This document shows, in pieces, positions 38,552 to 48,520 of a stretch of 64,000 nt of DNA. The position numbers and the translations under genes are program-made. The stretch is from IMG/VR virus record IMGVR_UViG_3300042402_002641, positions 186,001-250,000 of that record; one strand, given 5' to 3'. Within the stretch, counting starts at the first letter, position 1. Each line of letters starts with the position of its first letter. The notes below the pieces were generated by a model. The model was not told the DNA's origin. It was given only the letters and a program-made list of their open reading frames with translations, and did no database searches.

Positions 38552-40822
38552 ATGGCTTACATAGTCAATAAATTTAGCGGAGCACAGTTAATAGTTCTTG
38601 AAGATGGAACTATTGATACCTCCACCAGTCTGGGCCTAGTTGGTAGAAACTATGTAGGCTACGGTGAAACACAGAACGAAAATTTTGTGTTTTTATTGGA
38701 AAATTTTGCTAACGAGTCTCCACCATCGAGACCCCTACAAGGACAAATTTGGTTCAACACCACTACCAACTTAACCTATGCCTACGACGGTGCAACTTGG
38801 AGCCCTATAGGTGCTGCTGTATTAAGTGCAACAGCTCCCGCCGATTCTAATGCAGGAGCTCTTTGGCTAGACATCACTGCTAATCAACTGAAAATTTACA
38901 CAGGGTCTACTTGGACTTTAATTGGTCCGGAAGTGGTAGCTGGATTCGGATCGACTAGAGCCAGGGCTACTTCCCTAGATGATTCTGTGGGTAATCCTAG
39001 ACCTGTAGTAATTTTAGAAACTGACGGTGTCGCTTTCGCTATATGCACAGCACAGGCATTTACTATAAATTCCTCTAATTCAGTTGTCGGGTTTGAAAAT
39101 AATTTGATAGCAGGTATCAATCTTTCAGCAACTGCAAAAGTCAAAGGAGATTTAATAGGCAATGCCGGTAGCGCAGATAGACTCAGCACCGCTAGGACTA
39201 TTAACGGTGTGCCTTTTGATGGTCAACAAAATGTTACTATACAATCTTCTACCACAAGCAAACTGGTCAAGGGCACATATATTCAAGGATCAGACTTTGA
39301 TGGCAGCACAGAGATCACATGGAGTGTAGATGCTACATCTTCAAATACTATAGGTAAGATAGTAGCTAGAAATTCAGAAGGCGGATTTTCAGCTGGTACT
39401 ATTTCGGCAAACCTCATAGGAAATGTCATAGGTAATGTAACTGCTGAATCCGGAACTAGCACATTTAATGTTATACAGGCCAACACATTTATCGGTGCAA
39501 CACTAACTGGTAATGCTAATTCTGCTACGCAGTTAGCTACTTCAAGACAGATCAATGGTATAAATTTTAATGGTACTAGTGACATCACTGTAACAGCAGC
39601 AGCTGATACACTAACCGGCAATACTTTAAACTCTACGATAATTCAAAGTAGTTTGCAACAATTAGGAACATTAGTTAATTTAAATGTTACTGATAGCGGA
39701 GTTAATATAGGTAGTTCTGGTCAGTTAAAAATGTTTGTAGATGCAAGTAGACCAACTATAAGATCCAGCACAGGAATACTTAATTTTGATATGGGAGTTA
39801 GTGGTCCTGATATTTCTTTCGTAGACTCTGCGACCGCACTATCATTAGGCGGTCCTAATGCACCTGCTGTGCTAGGAGATAATACCACAAACCTAGGTAT
39901 CACAGGATATAAATTTAATAACATCTATGCTAACAATTTCTTAGGTAATGCTACTACATCTACTCTAGCCACAACTGCAACTAACATATCAGGCGGTGGC
40001 GCAGGAGCTATACCTTTTCAAACTGCCGCCGGTATTACTTCAATGTTGGGCCTTGGCTTGCCGGGTACAGTTCTAACAGCACAGGTCGGTGGTCTGGCTT
40101 GGCAGCCAAATTCACAAGAATCTCTGACCAAAGGTAGTTATTTGAATATGATAAACACCACCACTAGTGGCAGTTTAAGTGTATTCAACGGTAATCTTCC
40201 TGCGACAATTTCAGTAGATGCTACAACAACTAACACCGCTAGCAAAGTTGTAGCACGTGATGCTAGCGGTAATTTTGCAGCAGGAACTATCACAGCTAAT
40301 CTTGTGGGGGCAATCACAGGTAATGCTGCTACTGCAACACAGTTACAAACTGCAAGAACTATCAACGGTGTATCATTTAACGGTACACAAGATATAACAA
40401 TCACAGCCACTGATACTACCAAAGTAGCATTAGCAGGCAGCACTATGACAGGATATCTAACATTAGTAGGAGCTCCTGTTAATGCAGATCACGCTACTAC
40501 CAAAAACTATGTAGACAGTAGATTACCTCAGTACACTATTATCTCTGGAGTCAGTTACAGCATAGCAGGATTTACCAACCAGGTAGGATCATTTAACGAT
40601 GGTGCCAACTACTTTGATGTGTATCCGCCTGCAGGTAAATCTATGGGGAACCTAGTAGCGTTTATACCAAGTATACATGTGGTTCACTATGCTGGAGGAG
40701 TAGATGGCAATGACAGTATCAGATGTACCTATTCGTATTTGGGTGATAGAATTAGGGTCTATGTGCAAAACACAGAACAGCGTTCTACTCCTGCAGCTAA
40801 CTATTTGGTAATTTGGAGTTAA
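38552..40822 (+). CDS. Tail fibre protein 3
   Basis: Same N-terminal module; three R.ING..F.G...(V/I)T(I/V) repeats, two VAR...G.F.AGTI.ANL repeats, ATTKNYVD. Confidence 0.8.
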   Translation: MAYIVNKFSGAQLIVLEDGTIDTSTSLGLVGRNYVGYGETQNENFVFLLENFANESPPSRPLQGQIWFNTTTNLTYAYDGATWSPIGAAVLSATAPADSNAGALWLDITANQLKIYTGSTWTLIGPEVVAGFGSTRARATSLDDSVGNPRPVVILETDGVAFAICTAQAFTINSSNSVVGFENNLIAGINLSATAKVKGDLIGNAGSADRLSTARTINGVPFDGQQNVTIQSSTTSKLVKGTYIQGSDFDGSTEITWSVDATSSNTIGKIVARNSEGGFSAGTISANLIGNVIGNVTAESGTSTFNVIQANTFIGATLTGNANSATQLATSRQINGINFNGTSDITVTAAADTLTGNTLNSTIIQSSLQQLGTLVNLNVTDSGVNIGSSGQLKMFVDASRPTIRSSTGILNFDMGVSGPDISFVDSATALSLGGPNAPAVLGDNTTNLGITGYKFNNIYANNFLGNATTSTLATTATNISGGGAGAIPFQTAAGITSMLGLGLPGTVLTAQVGGLAWQPNSQESLTKGSYLNMINTTTSGSLSVFNGNLPATISVDATTTNTASKVVARDASGNFAAGTITANLVGAITGNAATATQLQTARTINGVSFNGTQDITITATDTTKVALAGSTMTGYLTLVGAPVNADHATTKNYVDSRLPQYTIISGVSYSIAGFTNQVGSFNDGANYFDVYPPAGKSMGNLVAFIPSIHVVHYAGGVDGNDSIRCTYSYLGDRIRVYVQNTEQRSTPAANYLVIWS

Positions 40823-40824
40823 TC

Positions 40825-41181
40825 ATGTACTATGTATGTATAGAAAATAATCAGATCACAGGCATACAGAGTTATGAACCTGCGGTGCCTAACACAGTGT
40901 CTGTGGTTACTATCACAGATACTCAACACGCACAGATCATGGCGCAGACACACCGATTCGATGTGGCTTCTAGAACTATAGTTGCTGTAGATCAAGCTAT
41001 TATTAGTCAAAGAGAACAGGACAGGTTAAACGGTATAGAACGTGAATTTTTAAATTCAACTGATTGGAAAGTTATGCGCCATATTAGGCAAAAAGCTCTG
41101 GGAATTGCTACTAGCCTTACTGATGCAGAGTACACAGAATTAGAGCAGCAGCGGCAGACCGCGGCAGCTCGCATAGTTTGA
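40825..41181 (+). CDS. Tail fibre assembly chaperone-like protein
   Basis: R.FL.STDW.V.R...RQ.AA pattern; GGAG RBS before ATG 40825; follows a fibre gene. Confidence 0.6.
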   Translation: MYYVCIENNQITGIQSYEPAVPNTVSVVTITDTQHAQIMAQTHRFDVASRTIVAVDQAIISQREQDRLNGIEREFLNSTDWKVMRHIRQKALGIATSLTDAEYTELEQQRQTAAARIV

Positions 41182-41213
41182 TAAGTAATAATAATGACTA
41201 GCGGAGTATATCA

Positions 41214-43022
41214 ATGGCATATCAAGTAGATAAATTTAACGGTGCTTTTTTTGTATCCGTAGAAGACGGTACGATCGATACCACCTCGGATCTTAGATTT
41301 GTAGGTAAAAACTATGCGGGATACGGCGAAGTACAAAATGAAAACTTTCTACATCTTTTAGAAAATTTCTCAAACACCACTGCTCCGCCCAAAGTGATCA
41401 CTGGACAGATTTGGTTCGATAGTGCCAATAAAAAGTTAAAATTCTATGATGGTTCAAGATTTAAACTGGCAGGTGGAGCAGAAGTCAGTACTACTGCGCC
41501 TAGCGGGCTGAGTACCGGAGATTTTTGGTGGGATTCTGCAGCCAAACAATTATATGCATGGACAGGCACTGAATTTGCACTCATTGGTCCAGAAGCCAGT
41601 CCAGATCTCGGATCGTCAATCATTAGTGCTGCCGTAGTTAAAGGCACTATAAGCACCGCGGTAGGACCGCATACTATACTTAAAGTCATAGCTGATGATA
41701 AAACTATAGGCATTTTCAGTAAGACTGCATTCACTTTAGACAATGCACAGAATGCTATAGATGATTTCACGGTTATTAAGAAAGGTTTCACGCTAGCTAA
41801 GTCTCAATCCGGAATCAGCTCCGATGACTACATTCTATGGGGTACTGCAAATAACGCAAATCGTCTAGGCGGGTTTGCCGCAGATCAATATTTAAAATTA
41901 GGAGATAACTCATTTACTGGCGAAGTTAAATTCTTTGATCCAGGTTTAACAGTAGGTGACGGTAATGATTTTAGACTGCGTGTAGAAAACGGTGATGAAG
42001 TAATTGTTGAAAATCGTTTGGGAAATCCTATAACATTTAGAATCACAGTAGTTGATACCACAGATGAACGAGATGTTGCTGTAATAACTAGTACAGGAGT
42101 AGTACCCGGTGATGACGCTGCTTATGCACTAGGCTCCGCCGGATCGCGCTGGAGCAATGTGTATGCTGCTATCCATACCGGAAACTTAATAGGTAACGTT
42201 ACAGGAAATTCCACCGGAGTCCATACAGGCAATGTATTAGCCTCAGACAACACGGTGATGATCAATGCCGCAACTAAACAGATTGGATTTGCAGGAGCTA
42301 ACATAATTGGCACCCTAACTGGTTCAGTAACAGGAACAGCTAGTTCAGCCACCAATGCTAGTAAACTAAATGATTTAGATCCTAGTGCAACAGTACCGGG
42401 ATCTGCTGTTGCTACTATTGCTGTAAGAAATGCATCTGGAAACATTTTAGCAAATCAATTCGTTGGTACATCGGATAAGTCAGATAGACTGTTTCTCGAC
42501 GATAGCATAAGTGCTGGAGTATCGGATCCGGCATGGGACCCTGCAACTACCAGCACAAAATATAGAACTGCAAAAGTAACAGCTACCGCTTACAGCATAG
42601 CAGCTAGAGATGCCAGCGGTAATATTGCAGCTAATATTTTCTCGGGTACTGCAACTGCTGCTAGATATGCAGACTTAGCAGAAAAATATTTGCCCGATAC
42701 AGAATACCTACCAGGTACAGTTGTTATGATCGGCGGAGAAAAGGAAATTACTGCAAGTGTATTCGGCAAACGTGCTATAGGAGTTATCAGTGCAAATCCT
42801 GCATTTATGATGAATAAAGATCTAGAAGGTGGTGTGTATGTTGCTTTGAAAGGTCGAGTACCTGTTATGGTAATTGGACCTATTATAAAAGGTCAAGAGC
42901 TAGTTCCAGCAGAAAATGGCCATGCTGTATATAACGGTGATAATCCGACTAGAGCATTTGCGGTTGCATTAGAATCTAATAACAGTATAGAAGTTAAATT
43001 AATAGAGGCATTGGTGCTGTAA
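41214..43022 (+). CDS. Tail fibre protein 4 with C-terminal intramolecular chaperone (peptidase G2/IMC-like) domain
   Basis: Shared N-terminus; C-terminal YADLAEKY...PGTVV.IGG...GVIS..PA..MN...VALKGRVPV...KG..LV. Confidence 0.8.
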   Translation: MAYQVDKFNGAFFVSVEDGTIDTTSDLRFVGKNYAGYGEVQNENFLHLLENFSNTTAPPKVITGQIWFDSANKKLKFYDGSRFKLAGGAEVSTTAPSGLSTGDFWWDSAAKQLYAWTGTEFALIGPEASPDLGSSIISAAVVKGTISTAVGPHTILKVIADDKTIGIFSKTAFTLDNAQNAIDDFTVIKKGFTLAKSQSGISSDDYILWGTANNANRLGGFAADQYLKLGDNSFTGEVKFFDPGLTVGDGNDFRLRVENGDEVIVENRLGNPITFRITVVDTTDERDVAVITSTGVVPGDDAAYALGSAGSRWSNVYAAIHTGNLIGNVTGNSTGVHTGNVLASDNTVMINAATKQIGFAGANIIGTLTGSVTGTASSATNASKLNDLDPSATVPGSAVATIAVRNASGNILANQFVGTSDKSDRLFLDDSISAGVSDPAWDPATTSTKYRTAKVTATAYSIAARDASGNIAANIFSGTATAARYADLAEKYLPDTEYLPGTVVMIGGEKEITASVFGKRAIGVISANPAFMMNKDLEGGVYVALKGRVPVMVIGPIIKGQELVPAENGHAVYNGDNPTRAFAVALESNNSIEVKLIEALVL

Positions 43023-43023
43023 T

Positions 43024-43920
43024 ATGTCTTTGAACTCAGATATCACAGCCGCTGGATTTGTAACAATACAGAACAAAGCTGAGGGATTGTTAGGTACCGG
43101 TGCCGCCACTAGAGGATACAATCAAACAGTATTATCGTCGGATGTGTTTTCTGGAAATCAAATTACTAGAGCACAGTGGGATCTATTAAAAACTGACATT
43201 GTTAACATATTGTATCATCAAAATGGAGAGCTGCCAAATATTGTATCTGTTAATGCCGGCGATGTAATTGGATTCGGTGCCAGTCATCCGAATACCAACT
43301 ATGATACTCTGTTAACAACAGCAGATCAAAATAGATTTCAGATAGCAGCTACTCAGTCTGCGGTTAGTTCTAAAGGTTCAGCAACCTACACCAGTGCTTG
43401 GAGTTCATCTGTAGAATTTACACTAACTGTAACATTTGCGTCTGCAGACCAGGGACGATATTTTTTTAACAGCGGCGGAAAAGTTAGAATTAACACAACT
43501 ATTACCGGCGGCACAAACACTGCTCAGTATAACGCCTGGCTTAATGTTTTAAATGCAGTAGGAATCCGATCATTTGGCGCAGACACCGACCCATTAGTGA
43601 ACTATTATACTCTTACTAGTTCTTTCCAAATATATTATCAAAATTCTCTTTCAACACCATATTCTGCTAATAATTATCGATTAGAAGCCAAAACTGATGT
43701 GGCTAACAATTCTACAGGCACGGCAACTATTTTAACTTTAAGAGTAACGTTAACTGATGCATATGTTGACCCAGGACCAGCAGTTCCGCCAGGAGACTCG
43801 GTCGACGGAACGCTGACTATATCAGTAGAAGAATTAAAAGCGTCAGGCTCACTTATACCGTCAGGAACTTTTACAATTGTTAGCCCTTCATACTCGCTCT
43901 CTGTGATCAGTGGCAGTTAA
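43024..43920 (+). CDS. Ser/Thr-rich virion structural protein (paralog A)
   Basis: G.G...GY.Q, RYFFNSGG..R, YSANNY, PGDSVDGT; clear paralog of the next gene. Confidence 0.6.
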   Translation: MSLNSDITAAGFVTIQNKAEGLLGTGAATRGYNQTVLSSDVFSGNQITRAQWDLLKTDIVNILYHQNGELPNIVSVNAGDVIGFGASHPNTNYDTLLTTADQNRFQIAATQSAVSSKGSATYTSAWSSSVEFTLTVTFASADQGRYFFNSGGKVRINTTITGGTNTAQYNAWLNVLNAVGIRSFGADTDPLVNYYTLTSSFQIYYQNSLSTPYSANNYRLEAKTDVANNSTGTATILTLRVTLTDAYVDPGPAVPPGDSVDGTLTISVEELKASGSLIPSGTFTIVSPSYSLSVISGS

Positions 43921-43924
43921 TCGA

Positions 43925-43931
43925 TTAAATA
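43925..43931 (+). promoter_or_regulatory. Late promoter TTAAATA
   Basis: 25 nt upstream of ATG 43956. Confidence 0.55.
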
Positions 43932-43955
43932 TAAGACTTAATCAAAGACAAACGC

Positions 43956-44900
43956 ATGCCAGTAAATGACATTATCACCCAAGCAGAATACAACAATATC
44001 AGAAACAAAGTACTCGGAGTGCTCGGCACAGGATCGGGGAATTCTGGCTATGGACAACCCTTTGTCAGCACCGCGGTAGCAGAAGGAAATTCTATTACCA
44101 TTAATGAGTATGCTAATCTAAGATACGATATTTTCAGTGCTTATGTACATCAGGTAGGATCTAATCCTTCTACAGTTACCGTAGTAGAAGGTAACACGGT
44201 AAGATTTAGTGCTATAGATGCGCCAGTTACTACATACGATACACTAGCTAATACACTCATATCAAATAGATTTAATGTAGGAGCTGGACAATCAGCTATA
44301 AACATTCCCACCGCACCTTCAAGTACTACCTGGCCTGGAATATATGGTGCAGATTGGTCTAGCCTTATACAGTGTACAGTGACTGCTACATGGCCTGATA
44401 GTAATCAAGCTAGATATTTTTGGAACAGTGGTGGTCAGATTCGATTTACAGCATCTCGTACCGGCACTACTCCTACTACTCAGAACACACAATGGACGTC
44501 TATTCTCAGCACTGCTGGTACACAGACCTATGGCGGTAATAATCCTGGCACTGGTACTAGTCCCAATGATGGCCAAAACTGGTACAGATGCACCAACACT
44601 CGACAGTTGTGGTACAGTCAAAGCGGATCTAGTCCTTACGGATCTAATACCTATAAAATATATGCTAGAACTTTAGATGCAAGCAATAACTCTACAGGCA
44701 CCGCTCGCCAAGGTGAATGGCACATAGAGTTTGTTGATAACTATACAGATCCAGGTGGCCCTGCTCCAGGAGATTCAGTAGACGGAACATTCACAGTATC
44801 AGTTAGTTTACAATATGCTACAGGTATTTTGGTACCGCCAAGTCAGGGTAGTTTTACAGTAACATTGCCTACAGTTACTATTTCAGCTATAACACCTTAA
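43956..44900 (+). CDS. Ser/Thr-rich virion structural protein (paralog B)
   Basis: G.G..GYGQ, RYFWNSGG..R, YGSNTY, PGDSVDGT. Confidence 0.6.
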   Translation: MPVNDIITQAEYNNIRNKVLGVLGTGSGNSGYGQPFVSTAVAEGNSITINEYANLRYDIFSAYVHQVGSNPSTVTVVEGNTVRFSAIDAPVTTYDTLANTLISNRFNVGAGQSAINIPTAPSSTTWPGIYGADWSSLIQCTVTATWPDSNQARYFWNSGGQIRFTASRTGTTPTTQNTQWTSILSTAGTQTYGGNNPGTGTSPNDGQNWYRCTNTRQLWYSQSGSSPYGSNTYKIYARTLDASNNSTGTARQGEWHIEFVDNYTDPGGPAPGDSVDGTFTVSVSLQYATGILVPPSQGSFTVTLPTVTISAITP

Positions 44901-44924
44901 TTTTTCCTTGAATCTCTAAGCCGC

Positions 44925-44930
44925 TAAATA
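44925..44930 (+). promoter_or_regulatory. Late promoter core TAAATA heading the glycosyltransferase/radical SAM cassette
   Basis: 28 nt upstream of ATG 44958; AAGGA RBS. Confidence 0.6.
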
Positions 44931-44957
44931 AAGTGCGCAGATAATCAAGGAAAATAC

Positions 44958-45308
44958 ATGAAGGATCAACTCAAAAAAGCTTTGGAGTTTGCTAATTACA
45001 GGCAGACGTTTTCAATTCAACGTAAGATTCTAAAAGAAAAAATCGCAGCCAAGTTAACACTAGGTTATAATGGTGGACTATTTCAAATTGACAGAACGCT
45101 TCTGACTTTTATAGAAATGTTGCTAGTCAAAGGAAGAAGCAGCGGAGTTGTATTATTAGATACAAACGAAACCCCTATAATGATCGAGGATTTAGTTGCG
45201 TTTCGAGATGAATGCTTTGATAGGTATTTCGAAGCCACTAGTGAGTATTTTGAACAAGACCAAAATCTCAAAAAAAGTAGATCAGTAGAAAAATTGCTAG
45301 AACAATGA
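44958..45308 (+). CDS. Hypothetical protein, first gene of the modification cassette
   Basis: 116-aa ORF with RBS, ATGA-coupled to the next gene. Confidence 0.6.
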   Translation: MKDQLKKALEFANYRQTFSIQRKILKEKIAAKLTLGYNGGLFQIDRTLLTFIEMLLVKGRSSGVVLLDTNETPIMIEDLVAFRDECFDRYFEATSEYFEQDQNLKKSRSVEKLLEQ

Positions 45309-46165
45309 ACAAAGGTATATTGATCTACGCTCATAATAATCGCACTGTGGACTATGCATTAATGGCGATTATTTCTGGAGGATTAGCTAAAAAATATCTT
45401 GGACAGCCTGCGTCGTTGGTTACTGACCAAGCCACGTTAGATTGGATGATAGAATCTAAGATATACACTCGTGCTCAAACAATTTTTGAAAATATTTTTA
45501 TAGTTTCTAGACCCGAGTCAACTAATTCTAGAGGGTTGTATGATGGCACAGAACGCAGTACAGTTCAATTTATGAACGGTAACAGAAATTCCGCCTACGA
45601 CATTACTCCATATCAACGAACACTTTTGATTGACGCAGACTTTCTGATATTTTCCAATAGACTGGCAGAATATTGGGACATAGATGATGATTTTATGATT
45701 GGCGAATCTATTAATGATATCTATGACAATCAACGACTAGGATATCATGATAACTATGTTTCGGACGTAGGTATTAAATTGTATTGGGCTACTACTGTGA
45801 TGTTCACAAAAAATGATAATTCAAAAATGTTTTTTGATCTTGTGCGCCATGTTAAGGATAACTATCAATACTATGCCGACACATACAGATTTGATTCAAA
45901 ACAATACAGAAATGATATTGCATTTAGCGTGGCCAAACACGTATTAGCAGGATTTGAACAGTCACCATTGGGATGTTTACCGCCTGTGTTAACATCATTA
46001 GACAGAGATATACTACACTCTGTAGATGCCGATAAATTAACGTTTCTGATATCCCCGAAATTAGATGAGAATTATTGTGCGGCTTCGATACAGAATATTG
46101 ACATTCATATAATGAATAAACAGAGTATAGTAAGACATAGCGATAAATTACTGGAGCTGATATGA
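45305..46165 (+). CDS. GT-A fold glycosyltransferase-like protein
   Basis: TPY..TLLIDADF (DxD), WAT.VMF.K, RND.AF. Confidence 0.65.
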   Translation: MNKGILIYAHNNRTVDYALMAIISGGLAKKYLGQPASLVTDQATLDWMIESKIYTRAQTIFENIFIVSRPESTNSRGLYDGTERSTVQFMNGNRNSAYDITPYQRTLLIDADFLIFSNRLAEYWDIDDDFMIGESINDIYDNQRLGYHDNYVSDVGIKLYWATTVMFTKNDNSKMFFDLVRHVKDNYQYYADTYRFDSKQYRNDIAFSVAKHVLAGFEQSPLGCLPPVLTSLDRDILHSVDADKLTFLISPKLDENYCAASIQNIDIHIMNKQSIVRHSDKLLELI

Positions 46166-47001
46166 AATTCGGATATCTGTTAATAGTAGCAGAGAATGAA
46201 TTTGTGGACTATCTACAGTTAGCCTATGCCTTGGCTATCAGTATTAAAAATACACAAAAACCTGGGTTTGATCAAGTGGCACTAGTGATCAATGACAAGC
46301 AAAAACTTAAAGATTTAAACAGCAGTTGGGTCTTTGATCATGTTATAGAATGGAATCAAGAAACATTCTGGGATGGTCGTAGCTGGATGGATCAGTTGAC
46401 ACCTTTTGACCACACAGTATGCTTAGATGTTGACATGCTGTTTATGCGTGACTACAGTCATTGGGTCGAATACTTTATTGAAAACAGCGAATTATATGTT
46501 GCTAACAAAAGCTACACCTATCGAGGAGAGATAGCTGTTGATCATCATTATCGAAAGACATTTATAAAAAACGATCTCCCTAATCTTTACAGCATGTATA
46601 CCTTTTTTAAAAAAGATAGCGAAGCGGTTAAAGAATTTTTTGATCTAGGAAGATATATTATAAAAAATCCTATAGAATTTTCAAATATTTTTTTATCGGA
46701 TCATAAACCTCGAGTTGTAGGTACAGATGAATCCTTTGCCTTGGCAGCTAAAATATTAGATATTACCGATGATATTGCATATCCTTTAGAGTTTCCCCGA
46801 GTTGTACATATGAAACCTATGATACAGAATTGGCCATGGCCTGCTGATTGCTGGAGTGATCATGTAGGATTTTATCTAAATCAAAAAGGAAAACTAAAGA
46901 TAGGAAATTATCAACAACATGATATTGTTCATTATGTGGAAAAAGATAAAATTAACAAGGAAATGATCAATATTCTCGAGGAAGTTTTATGGAAGAAATA
47001 A
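46162..47001 (+). CDS. GT-A fold glycosyltransferase-like protein (paralog)
   Basis: TPFD.TV.LDVDM (DxD), TD..FA, HMK, VHY. Confidence 0.65.
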   Translation: MKFGYLLIVAENEFVDYLQLAYALAISIKNTQKPGFDQVALVINDKQKLKDLNSSWVFDHVIEWNQETFWDGRSWMDQLTPFDHTVCLDVDMLFMRDYSHWVEYFIENSELYVANKSYTYRGEIAVDHHYRKTFIKNDLPNLYSMYTFFKKDSEAVKEFFDLGRYIIKNPIEFSNIFLSDHKPRVVGTDESFALAAKILDITDDIAYPLEFPRVVHMKPMIQNWPWPADCWSDHVGFYLNQKGKLKIGNYQQHDIVHYVEKDKINKEMINILEEVLWKK

Positions 47002-47606
47002 TTGATTTTGATAATTGGCTTGCAAATTTCAAATTACCTCCTGTAAAATTTGTTGCGGTTTTTAATCCCGACACCGGCGCAGTAGTTAGTGTAGGACCTA
47101 GTCATGCCTTTAAAGATCAAAAACACAAAATATCTATAGATAAAGAATTGGCAGAATCTATAATTAATGCAGAAATTAAAATTAACAACTGCATAGTTGA
47201 TATAAATTCAAATACTTTAGAAGTAGCAGAAATAAAAAATACCTATAAGATAGACGATGTGCTGCATAGAATTATTTCTAAGAAAGATTCTGAAATAAAA
47301 AACCCAGATATCTATATTAAATATGATTCAAAACTTAATACTTTTAAAATAGAAATGTCTTCAGAATTTGGGGGAACACGTAAGGCTAGGGCTGGGATAA
47401 AGAAAAGAAATATTGTATGGGATGGTGACACTGAAATGCAATTTTTTATTACAGAATACAACGACCCAAACTTGCTTTTTGAAACAGTAAGTGTTACAAT
47501 TAACGATCTTACTGGAAACCATAAATTGATTACAGGTTTTAACTATCCTAAATTTAGTGTGTACACTAGACGCTTGTTTAAAAACTATATGATAGAATAT
47601 AAATGA
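46989..47606 (+). CDS. Hypothetical protein
   Basis: 205-aa ORF overlapping both neighbours. Confidence 0.6.
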   Translation: MEEIIDFDNWLANFKLPPVKFVAVFNPDTGAVVSVGPSHAFKDQKHKISIDKELAESIINAEIKINNCIVDINSNTLEVAEIKNTYKIDDVLHRIISKKDSEIKNPDIYIKYDSKLNTFKIEMSSEFGGTRKARAGIKKRNIVWDGDTEMQFFITEYNDPNLLFETVSVTINDLTGNHKLITGFNYPKFSVYTRRLFKNYMIEYK

Positions 47607-48520
47607 AAATTATTGAATTTGATGTTGTATTTTTAAGCTACGATGAACCTAATGCAGATCTACATTATGCAGATTTATGCAACAAAGTTCCTTGGGCTAA
47701 ACGTGTACACGGTGTCAAGGGATCTGATCATGCTCATAAAGCCGCAGCAGAAGCTAGCGAAACAGATTGGTTTATCACTGTTGATGCTGACAACATTGTA
47801 GATCCTAAGTTTTTTAATATTGACCTAGATATGAGTGATCCTAAGATTCAAGTCTACGGATGGTGCGGTCGAAATGTTATCAACGGCCTTCGATACGGCA
47901 ATGGCGGTCTAAAAATTTGGAAAAAAGACTTTGTGCTTAATATGAAAACGCATGAAAACTCAGACAGCGATCGTGGACAGGTAGATTTCTGTTGGGAAGA
48001 TGGATATCGAAATTTTCCTTTGAGTTTTAGCGATAGTGTTATTACTGGAAGTCCTTTTCAGGCCTGGAGAGCAGGGTTCCGTGAAGGTGTTAAAATGACC
48101 TTACTCGACGGAGTTAGGGTTCCAGCCCAAGAAATACAACAGAGAATATGGTGGCATAATATTCATAGGTTACGTATGTGGTCCACAGTTGGTAGCCATG
48201 AAGAAAACGGAATCTTTGCAGTTTATGGTGCAAGATTGGGAACCTGGATGGCTAATTGCACCAACTGGAATTATGTTGACGTTAGAGATTTTGAAATACT
48301 TAGAGGTATATGGAATCAATACGGAAGACCATATGAAGAAGTTAATGGCGAAGGTCTCGTAGACGCAATAAAAGATCTTGGAGACAAAATAAAAATTAAT
48401 TTAGGATTAGATTGGCCTTGGTTAGATGAAAGTCAAAGTAAGTATACTTTAGATCTCTACAATGAAACTATGAATTTAAACGATACATATTTTAAAATGC
48501 CGGTACCTGCCAATGTATGA
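47603..48520 (+). CDS. Glycosyltransferase family 2-like protein
   Basis: DVVFLSYDE, HGVKG...AH..AA, FITVDADN (DxD), YGNGG.K, WR.GFRE..K. Confidence 0.6.
   Translation: MKIIEFDVVFLSYDEPNADLHYADLCNKVPWAKRVHGVKGSDHAHKAAAEASETDWFITVDADNIVDPKFFNIDLDMSDPKIQVYGWCGRNVINGLRYGNGGLKIWKKDFVLNMKTHENSDSDRGQVDFCWEDGYRNFPLSFSDSVITGSPFQAWRAGFREGVKMTLLDGVRVPAQEIQQRIWWHNIHRLRMWSTVGSHEENGIFAVYGARLGTWMANCTNWNYVDVRDFEILRGIWNQYGRPYEEVNGEGLVDAIKDLGDKIKINLGLDWPWLDESQSKYTLDLYNETMNLNDTYFKMPVPANV

Noticed and set aside
34556-44900. Diversity-generating retroelement or invertase-shuffled fibre tips
   Set aside because: No reverse transcriptase or recombinase in the window and no near-identical nucleotide repeat pair noticed; paralogy is at protein level only.
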